A stretch of DNA of 11,759 bases from Ascoidea asiatica JCM 7603 (lineage: Eukaryota > Fungi > Ascomycota), in NCBI GenBank assembly GCA_001600695.1, contig BCKQ01000005.1:122159-133917 (forward strand), read 5' to 3'. The notes below the pieces were generated by a model. The model searched no databases, had not been told where the DNA came from, and saw nothing but the letters and a program-made list of their open reading frames with translations. Shown in pieces: positions 1 through 8,346 of the stretch (position 1 is its first letter; every line of letters starts with the position of its first letter). The position numbers and the translations under genes were made by a program.

Positions 1-109
1 TTTGAAGGGTAAAAAAGGGGTGGAGACATGTGATATAACCGAAGGCAGAAGTAAAGAAAAGGGTAATAAATAAAAGTGCCGGTCAAATTACTGTTTAAAC
101 ATTTTGGGA

Positions 110-354
110 TCATTTGTTTGAGGTGGGCCTCTTTTATTGTTTAAAGGCCCACAATTATTTATGCGAAAATGGATTTTGGAGAGGATATATTCCATGGTAC
201 GGATAAATAGCTAAATGTCAATATAATTTTGTTTTAAAAGTTGCTACGCCTTATATTTCCTAATAAAGTAAATACGCGCCGTTACGAGGCTGAAAATATT
301 TGCAAATAGAGATGTTGTGTCTTCAAAAAGAGATGATGTGACTTCACTTAGTAT
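110..354 (+). repeat. Left copy of a long inverted repeat, paired with 11515-11759. It may also include 1-109, whose partner would lie beyond the window end.
   Basis: Base-by-base comparison: 110-354 equals the reverse complement of 11515-11759 at 244/245 positions (single mismatch 341/11528). Identity stops abruptly at 355/11514. Confidence 0.97.
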
Positions 355-524
355 CACTCGACTTGTGATAAACCTAAACTGAGCTATTTTGAAACCATAA
401 TGTTACAGTCTTATAATTCATTTAGTACTAAATATTGCATATTTTCATTCAATTTATTTATTCATTTAAGACTAAGTAGAAAATTTTGATGATTACAAAA
501 GTTCATTTTCTCTTTATGTAAATT

Positions 525-1261
525 TTAAAACGACATTTCTTCATCTTCACTATTTGAATCGTAACTTTCTACTGACGACAAGTCATTATCCTTATTATTA
601 AGATCAACACATTCTATATGATTATTTCCACTATTATTTGAATTATCATTATTTTTCTCACTTTTATCGCTATCACTATCATTATTACTATTACTACTAC
701 TACTACTATTGAAAATATCATTCTCAGAAGCAAATTTTTCAACATATTCCTTAATTTTTTCATTATATAATTCTTTATTATTTAGATATAAATGGCTTGC
801 ATCACCATTCAATGGATCATCTGCATTCGGATATCTTAGTAACTGTGGTAAAAAAATTTCAAAAATATTAAACATATCAAACATTGGTGACCACTTCTGA
901 TTAATAACATCTAGACATACTGATCCACTTGTTTCATCAATATTTGGATGAAATATTATATTTGTAAATCCAATAGATGGCGATTTATAAGGATAATCAT
1001 CTGGTAATTCAACATGCACTTTCCAGATTCCATTTTCATATGATGTGCCTTTTGGTCCATAAAATTTCACAAAAAATTCTTGTAAATTATCATTTATTAA
1101 TTCGACTTCATAATCACTCATTATAAGATTACTAACGTCTGTTTGAATACGACGTTTTGAGGAGCTTATTATATAAAAACACTAATTTGTCAGTAAATAT
1201 TTCATTCATTTTAAAAGTAAATCCCCTATCAAAAGGATAAAAAAAAAGTAACATACCTCAT
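525..1261 (-). CDS. UBC8: E2 ubiquitin-conjugating enzyme Ubc8 (UBE2H family, GID complex E2). Two exons: 1261-1257 (ATGAG) and 1164-525; 214 aa with an acidic Ser/Asn-rich tail.
   Basis: UBC core with FHPNID...GSVCLDVIN active-site Cys and [10 protein letters not shown]. Splicing restores the conserved N-terminus [12 protein letters not shown] in frame with the 198-aa ORF. S. cerevisiae UBC8 also has an intron just after the start codon. Confidence 0.93.
1165..1256 (-). other. Spliceosomal intron of UBC8, 92 nt
   Basis: 5' splice site GTATGT at 1256-1251; branch-like TACTGAC at 1195-1189; 3' splice site AAG at 1167-1165. Removal gives ATG AG|C TCC TCA AAA CGT CGT. Confidence 0.88.
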
Positions 1262-2067
1262 TTTAATGAACAAAGATTAATTATTTGGCTGAAGTTATTA
1301 TTATTATTTTTATGTATAAGTAAAAACAAAAACAATAGCAGATAGGGAGAATAAAAGTAAAAGTTTGTATAAAAGTAGACGTTAAAGTAAAATGTAAAAA
1401 GAGAACTTTGAAAGTTGTATGAATTCATCAAACTTATCTATTCTTTTTAATATCATTATTACTATCATTTAATAACCATACAGTAATACAAACAAAAGCT
1501 ATCGTTTTGGAGCCGGGCCAATTTTGATTGCCACTTTCCAAATAAAGAAATAATGTATGAATTCCGACCTTTAAACTCTTCTTATGTATGAAGAACGAGT
1601 AATGTTATAAGAAATACGGACAAATTCCCAAAAGTTAATACTATTAGTCAGATGATATTCCCGGATTAGAGGAATCACTAAATATTGGGATCAAAAAATG
1701 TGGCCCTTCAATTATAGTTTGTTCTATCATGTGATATAGAATAATACCTTTTTTTTTCCCATTTTTAAATATATAAAAGACCTTTAAGAGTAGTTTTAAA
1801 TGTATTTTTGGTTTTATATTCCATTTTTAAAGATAACTTATACTTTGAAGGCGATATGATTTTAAAGCGCTAAATTTAACTTGACACTACTCTATGAAAT
1901 GTAAATTTAAAGAACTTTCCCTGAAATTTTCATTCAAAGTTTTGTGAATTTGAATTTAATGACTTCACCCAAATCATATCATAACAATTTCAAAACAATA
2001 GAATACCATGGTCTATTCAAATTTTTTTCATTCTTTTTTATATAATTTCTAAAGGTAAAAATTGAAG

Positions 2068-5000
2068 ATGTTTGTTACTTTTTTGAAAGGTAGTTCTTTT
2101 TTTGAGTTATCTCTGATTAAATCCTCAAAATGTCATCCAGCTTTTCCATTTACTTTATTTCGTTCTCAATCTATTAAAGTTCAAAATTCAAAAGATGAAG
2201 ATTTGAATCAAATAAATAATATACAAGACCTAATTCATAAATATTCTTCCACTTTACAACTCCCGAAAACATCGCTTTCAAATAGGTCTAATAAAGCTTT
2301 AATAAATAATCATATTATGCCCATTGTTACTGAAAGATTATATAATTGGCAACTCCAAAAATATTCTAATGATTCTCTTTTTATTCTACATGATGGACCT
2401 CCTTATGCAAATGGTAATTTGCACCTTGGACATTCAGTTAATAAAATTTTGAAAGACTTAGTCATTAGATATCAGTTACTTTTAAAGCATAAAGTTTATT
2501 ATAGGCCAGGTTGGGATTGTCATGGTTTACCAATTGAGTTAAAAGCCTTAGAAAAATTAACAAAGCAAAATAGGAAAAGAGATGTGAAAATAAAGTTAAC
2601 CCCAAGTAGAATCAGAAAAATTGCTGAAAATCATGCGATTGAACAAGTAGAAATTCAAAAGAAGCAATTTAAATCTTTTGCTATTTTAAGTGATTTTACA
2701 GATCCTTACTTAACTTTATCTAAAGAATTTCAATTAAATCAACTAAAAATTTTCAAAAAAATGTTTATGAAAGATTTAATTCAAAGAAAAAAGAAGCCTG
2801 TTTATTGGGGTTGTGAAACACAAACTGCATTAGCAGAAGGTGAATTAGAATATAATGAAAATCATAAATCTATTGCTGCCTACTTAAAATTTCCAGTCAT
2901 TAAATGTACCAAAGAATTTAAAGCATTTTTAAATAATCTAAATATACCTTTAAATAAAATATCTTGTTTAATATGGACTTCTACGCCATGGACTATAGCA
3001 AGTAATAGAGCAATTTGTGTTAATGAATCTTTTACCTACTCTTTACTACATTCTGAAAAAGAAGGTTATTTGATTGTTTTAGACTCTTTAGCAGATAAAA
3101 TAATATCCATTTCTTCCTTCGGTGAACAACTTTCTAAGGTTCCTAACGTTTTAATACCTGGTTCTTTATTAGTGAACAATTTTTACAAAAATCCGGTTAT
3201 TCATTCTCTTTCAAACAATAGTAATATTTTTAAAATTATTCACGGTGATCATGTTACTAATACTGCTGGAACTGGTTTAGTTCATACTGCACCAGGACAT
3301 GGAAATGACGATTATTTTGTTTGCTTGAAAAATGGAATTGATGATATTCTTTCTCCAGTTGATAATGAAGGCAAATATACCGCAGATGTTCCCAAAGGAT
3401 TTGATTCTTTGATCGGTGAGCATGTTTTGGGAAATGGATCGAAAAAGATGCTAATATTATTAGAAAAGAATAACATGATATTTAGTATCGATTCAAATTA
3501 TATACATTCTTATCCCTATGATTGGCGATCTAAAAAGCCTATTATCATTCGCTCCACCCCTCAATGGTTTGCTGACTTGTCACACATTAAAAATGATGCT
3601 ATGAATGCTATTTCTGAAGTTAGTTTTACTCCAAAGAGAGGTTATAATAGGCTATCAGCTTTTATAAAAACGAGAAATGAGTGGTGCATTTCTAGACAGA
3701 GATCATGGGGTGTGCCTATTCCTTGCTTCTATGATAAAACTTCAGGTGCAAGTTTAATGACTGAAGAGACTATTGACTATATAATTCAGATTTTAGAGAA
3801 AGAAAACTCTTTTGATTTATGGTTTCAAGAAGAAGAAGATATCTCTCATTGGCTACCTGAGAAACTCAAAAGTTTAGGTACATCACACGTAAAAGGCTTA
3901 GATACCATGGATGTTTGGTTTGATTCAGGTTCTAGCTGGGCAATTATCGAAAACTATCTAAATAAAGAAGGTCTTTTACACAAAAGAAATTATTTAGCCG
4001 ATGTATATGTGGAGGGGTCTGATCAACACAGAGGTTGGTTTCAATCTTCCTTATTAACAAAAGTTGCGGTTGGCTCTTTACTTCCAAGTGAGAGTGAATC
4101 TTACCAACATACAGCTCCATATAAAAATGTTATAACCCATGGTTTTACTTTAGATGAAAATGGATGTAAAATGTCAAAATCTATAGGAAATACAATCGAT
4201 CCTGATTCCATTATAACAGGCAAGAATGGCTTACCTGCCATTGGAACAGATGGACTTAGATTATGGGTAGCTCAATCAGATTTTACAAAAGATATAACAG
4301 CTGGTCCAACAGTTTTCAAGCATATCGCTGAAAATTTGAAAAAAATAAGATTTACTTTTAAATTTTTACTTGGTAATCTTAATGGCTACTCTGGTATTAA
4401 AGATCTGGTTCTGTATGAGAATTTAGAAGAAATCGATAAATATTGTCTAAGTAAGCTCATACGATTATATTACAGCTGTCACAATAGTTACTCGATTTTT
4501 AATTACAATAAAGTAGTTCAAGATATAAATAACAATATGAACAATATTTTGTCGAGTATGTATTTTGATATTGTTAAAGACAGACTATATGCCGATGATC
4601 CATTAAGTATCTCCAGAAAATCAGCACAGACAGTTCTATTTAACGTTCTTATGGTATATTTGAATTTACTCTCCCCAATTTTACCTATTATTACACAAGA
4701 AGTTTTTGAAAACATTCCGGAAATAGTGCTAAGTAAGAAGTCTGAGAGCATATTTTCACCTTTTCAGCTCAATTTTGAGAAATTTACCAAAAAAGAATTC
4801 ATCGATCAGGATATTGAAGAACGCTTTGATAAAAAAATTTGGCCTTTAAAAAACGAGATTCTATTACTATTGGAAAAGGCAAGAGCAGATAAGAAATTAA
4901 AAAATTCTCTTGAGGCCCAAGTACAGTTAAATAAAATCTCATCTGAGAGTGAAGAATCAAATTTTCTCGATAATTTAATGAAAAACCTCAATTTGGAGAA

Positions 5001-5232
5001 CATGAGTGATCTATTTTTGGTGTCTAATGTTTCAATAAATCCAAACGGAGCCAGTGATAAAAATATTGAAAACAATGATTATGAGTACAAGAAAGTTGTC
5101 AAAATTGAAGGGAGTTCGTTTGAAATTATTGTCACCGCTTCCAAACGTTCAAAATGCCCAAGATGTTGGAAATTTAATTCAAAATCATTAAGGGAACTTT
5201 GTGATAGATGTGTAAAAGTCATAAGAACTTAA
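2068..5232 (+). CDS. ISM1: Mitochondrial isoleucyl-tRNA synthetase (class I, bacterial-type IleRS1), 1054 aa from ATG 2068
   Basis: LHDGPPYANGNLHLGH (HIGH motif), PGWDCHGLPIE, WTSTPWT and GTGLVHTAPGHG (editing domain), EWCISRQRSWGVPIP, EGSDQHRGWF, KMSKS, and a C-terminal CPRC...CDRC Zn finger. The N-terminal extension resembles a mitochondrial presequence. The ORF track start at 2062 is TTG; the first ATG is at 2068. Confidence 0.95.
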   Translation: MFVTFLKGSSFFELSLIKSSKCHPAFPFTLFRSQSIKVQNSKDEDLNQINNIQDLIHKYSSTLQLPKTSLSNRSNKALINNHIMPIVTERLYNWQLQKYSNDSLFILHDGPPYANGNLHLGHSVNKILKDLVIRYQLLLKHKVYYRPGWDCHGLPIELKALEKLTKQNRKRDVKIKLTPSRIRKIAENHAIEQVEIQKKQFKSFAILSDFTDPYLTLSKEFQLNQLKIFKKMFMKDLIQRKKKPVYWGCETQTALAEGELEYNENHKSIAAYLKFPVIKCTKEFKAFLNNLNIPLNKISCLIWTSTPWTIASNRAICVNESFTYSLLHSEKEGYLIVLDSLADKIISISSFGEQLSKVPNVLIPGSLLVNNFYKNPVIHSLSNNSNIFKIIHGDHVTNTAGTGLVHTAPGHGNDDYFVCLKNGIDDILSPVDNEGKYTADVPKGFDSLIGEHVLGNGSKKMLILLEKNNMIFSIDSNYIHSYPYDWRSKKPIIIRSTPQWFADLSHIKNDAMNAISEVSFTPKRGYNRLSAFIKTRNEWCISRQRSWGVPIPCFYDKTSGASLMTEETIDYIIQILEKENSFDLWFQEEEDISHWLPEKLKSLGTSHVKGLDTMDVWFDSGSSWAIIENYLNKEGLLHKRNYLADVYVEGSDQHRGWFQSSLLTKVAVGSLLPSESESYQHTAPYKNVITHGFTLDENGCKMSKSIGNTIDPDSIITGKNGLPAIGTDGLRLWVAQSDFTKDITAGPTVFKHIAENLKKIRFTFKFLLGNLNGYSGIKDLVLYENLEEIDKYCLSKLIRLYYSCHNSYSIFNYNKVVQDINNNMNNILSSMYFDIVKDRLYADDPLSISRKSAQTVLFNVLMVYLNLLSPILPIITQEVFENIPEIVLSKKSESIFSPFQLNFEKFTKKEFIDQDIEERFDKKIWPLKNEILLLLEKARADKKLKNSLEAQVQLNKISSESEESNFLDNLMKNLNLENMSDLFLVSNVSINPNGASDKNIENNDYEYKKVVKIEGSSFEIIVTASKRSKCPRCWKFNSKSLRELCDRCVKVIRT

Positions 5233-5505
5233 TTTGTGAATATATAATATTCCATGTATATATTGTAAGTAGTGAAAATATTTTTTTTTGGGTAACTAAA
5301 ACGATTCATTTTTGTAAGCTATGGATATTACAATGAGGCCTACTTCAGTTTCAAAGCAAAACAAAAAGTATACTGGGAAAATTTCTCCTAATCTAACCAA
5401 GATAATGAAGACTGATTGATAGTTAACAGTTCAATAAAAAACAACCTCATCACTTAAAAAAATTAGTTTTGACCAATTGAATAGTAACAGGGTTAATATA
5501 TATTA

Positions 5506-6482
5506 TTAACACCTTACATCTACCCCCTTTCTTTTTTCATCTTCTCTTAATTCAAACATAATCTGAACGCCGACATATAAACAGAAAGTAGAAATAAGTG
5601 AAAATTTTATACCATCAGAGGAAGAAATCATATCATTTAATAACTTTTTAGTTCCTTCAGTCCCTAAGCAAAAACCCATTATATTTGCAATCATCATAAG
5701 CCAAATGTTAATAACAGCACCAATGCCACAAACATGTCTATAATACCATTTATTTATGATTAATGGCTTTAAATACATATTAGATAATATTTCTGGAATT
5801 AAAAACAAAACAATTAACCATCCCCACATTAATAGTTTCAATTGAATATCATGCCAAATAGCAACAAAAGAGAAAACTGCCAAAGAAGTTAAAATTCTGG
5901 AATTTGATCCACCTAACGGAATATATATATATTTAGTTACCCATTTATTATAAGAACGGTGCCATCCTCTCCAAAAGGCTAAAGCTGAATAATTATTACT
6001 TACGCATCGGATCATATTTTCAGGGGTATCAATTCCATCAAATAAAGCCCAGAGTCTAAAAAATCTCCAAGGTATCAATAACTTCAACCAAATTATTACT
6101 AGATTAAAAAAGCCAATCATTGAGATTTCAAAAGGAGTATCATTTGACCATGCTTTTCTTTTTGAAATTGCAACGACATAAATATAATGTAAAATAAATT
6201 CCATTGTTAAAAGACAGTATAAAAATCTTAAAAGGTATTTAATTAAAAAACTTAAATTTAGTGTTGGTAATCTATGATAAGATTGAAAAATGAAATCATT
6301 AAACGTTATAATTGGACCTGCAATAAATAAAGGAGTATAAAATACATAAGAAATATAATTAAATAAATTATAATCACTTAAATTTAACGGAGCATTCATT
6401 CTTAATTTATCATTAGTTAAAAGTTCTGGATTCTCTAAATCTATATTAGATTTACTTAACTTTCTTATTTTACTAGAACTAA

Positions 6483-6514
<32 letters not shown>

Positions 6515-7329
6515 GTTGTTGGCTCTAATTGAAGTTCATAATATCGGTTATAAAAATCTAAGTTAAAACTTAACATCCTTAGTAAAGTAAAGTTAAAGAA
6601 TACATCCCATCTTTCAATAATACCTTTGAAAGAATCTAAAAAACTTAAACTTGAAGATATTGAAGAAAATTTAATTAACCTATATTTATCATTAATAAAT
6701 AAAGTGGAAATTCCATACACCCAAATAGACAAAATTCCAATTTTTTTATAATTCAAATTTTTTAAATTTAAAAAGCTAGGTAAAGTTTTTTTGTTTTTAT
6801 TCAAATAAATAAAAAATCTTCCAATGAAGAAGTTAATAAATAAATGTAATAAAATTTTAATTGAATTGAATCCATGAGCAGAAAATAAGAAAAACAATCC
6901 AAAAAAAAAATCAAAATTATTCCTAACATTTGAAACTAATTTAGCAAAAACAATTCTTAAAGTCAAATGTAATAAGGATAATAAACTTAATAATAAAATA
7001 TTATCTCTAAAAAATCTATATTGAGAGTCAGAATTATCAAATTTTCTATCAAATAGCCAACCATCAGATAGTAAATTTTCATAATTTATATAATTTTCAT
7101 TATCGGAAGAAGATAGATTTATTGCAGTTTTATACATGTAAGGAACAGCTATAGAAAATACAATTATATAAAACCTAAATTCTAAAGTTGACCAATTTGA
7201 AACATTTGAATTTTTTATTATTCTATCTTTTTTTTGGGCAGAAATTGTTGAGGGAGATAGCCTTGAGTCTAAAACTGGTAAAGTAAAAAAATCCAGATAA
7301 TGTTTGATTATTTTAATCATGGGTTGCAT
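5506..7329 (-). CDS. GUP1: Membrane-bound O-acyltransferase Gup1 (GPI lipid remodelling; HHAT-like MBOAT), 607 aa
   Basis: DNSDSQYRFFRDN, RWDVFFNFTLLRMLSFNLD, GPIITFNDF, PENMIRC..NNYS..AFWRGWHRSYNKW, FVAIWHD (catalytic His), many hydrophobic segments, C-terminal GVDVRC. Confidence 0.94.
6484..6513. repeat. (ATT)10 microsatellite encoding Asn10 in a Gup1 loop
   Basis: Ten perfect ATT units; translates to TTNNNNNNNNNNV on the minus strand. Confidence 0.95.
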
Positions 7330-7474
7330 TGAATATTATTATAAATCTGTGGAATTAAATATCTGTTTGCATTTGGTCTAAATAGCTTCTCAGTTTTCTA
7401 TAAAAATTGAAATTGAATTTCTGATTTTTATTCAAGACAATTACATAAATGTAATAAATTGAAAGTACCACTCT

Positions 7475-7482
7475 CCGGGTAA
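7475..7482 (+). promoter_or_regulatory. Reb1-type binding site in the GUP1 upstream region
   Basis: Exact CCGGGTAA about 146 bp upstream of the GUP1 ATG, inside a GC-rich patch in otherwise AT-rich DNA. Motif match only. Confidence 0.5.
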
Positions 7483-7594
7483 TCTGGATAGCCACCTGAG
7501 GGCGGTGGTAATTTTTCAAATAATAATGCAAGTGAAAAATACCTTGAAATACTGTGCTTTCAACATTTGTTCGCAAATGTTCATCGGTCAGGAT

Positions 7595-7940
7595 TAGTGT
7601 TTAAAAGTTATGTTAGGTCCTAACCTAACTTTTAAAGTCTTGAAATACCTAACCTAACTACCTAACTTTTAAGTCACGTGATTATATAATAAATTGATTT
7701 TAAAGCTCAGTTTGAATGTTTTTTTATTTTTGGACTTTTCCTCAAGTATAGATAAGAGGCTACGTGATTTCTAAAAGAAAAATACACATGAAAATTCCCA
7801 TAAGTAAAATTTTTATTTTTAAAATTTATAAAATCACGTGACTACACGTGATATTTGTTTTTTAACTTTTCCTAACTTTTTAAAAATTGGGCTCTAAATC
7901 CTAACTTTTTCAGGTTAGGTTAGGAAAATTTAAAACACTA
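7595..7940. mobile_element. Non-autonomous hAT-superfamily DNA transposon (MITE), 346 bp
   Basis: Left end TAGTGTTTAAAAGTT vs reverse complement of right end TAGTGTTTTAAATTT (13/15). Directly flanked by an 8-bp near-direct repeat, GTCAGGAT (7587-7594) / CTCAGGAT (7941-7948). Clusters of CCTAAC/GTTAGG motifs near both ends; no ORF. Confidence 0.82.
7673..7850. promoter_or_regulatory. Cluster of CACGTG E-boxes (Cbf1/Tye7/Pho4-type) inside the MITE
   Basis: GTCACGTGAT at 7673-7682, its exact reverse complement ATCACGTGAC at 7833-7842, CACGTG at 7845-7850; near-matches TACGTG 7761-7766 and CACATG 7785-7790. Confidence 0.55.
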
Positions 7941-8346
7941 CTCAGGATTCCAGCCATAACCAGTAATGCCTAATAGTGGCTGATTCCAAATCCCTCCATG
8001 GGGTTTCAAAACCGAACAGTTCTTGGAACGGGATGAGAATTTTAGAAAACTATTTTATTTATACATCTAAATTCTTAGTACTCTAATAATTTGATAATAA
8101 AAAAGTTTTTATTTACTTTACAATATTCAAATGTTAAATAATGAATTTTTATATAGTAAAGAACGAAAAAACAAGTTATTTTTTCTTTTTTCAATTTTGT
8201 TTTATTGGAAATAATTTTCATCAACGAGAATAAATTTATAAAATTCATTGGAATTCATTTTTTAGTATGATAAAAATTTCAAAGTATATTATTAGCAGGC
8301 TTATTAAAGAGAAAAAATTAGAAAAGAAAAAAAATCACATAGGAAA

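Noticed and set aside
308-346. Tandem 18-bp repeat as a CRISPR-like array
   Set aside because: Only two units with a 3-bp spacer, in a eukaryotic context.
7355-7576. 73-aa minus-strand ORF upstream of GUP1
   Set aside because: Starts at TTG rather than ATG, has no recognisable domain, and overlaps promoter-like motifs.
7673-7850. Canonical Saccharomyces-type point centromere
   Set aside because: CDEI-like boxes are present, but there is no CCG-containing CDEIII at the expected distance on either strand, and the spacer has GC-containing interruptions.
7612-7924. TTAGG/CCTAA repeats as interstitial telomere sequence
   Set aside because: At most two units in tandem, mixed orientation, and confined within TIR/TSD boundaries; better explained as subterminal transposase-binding motifs.
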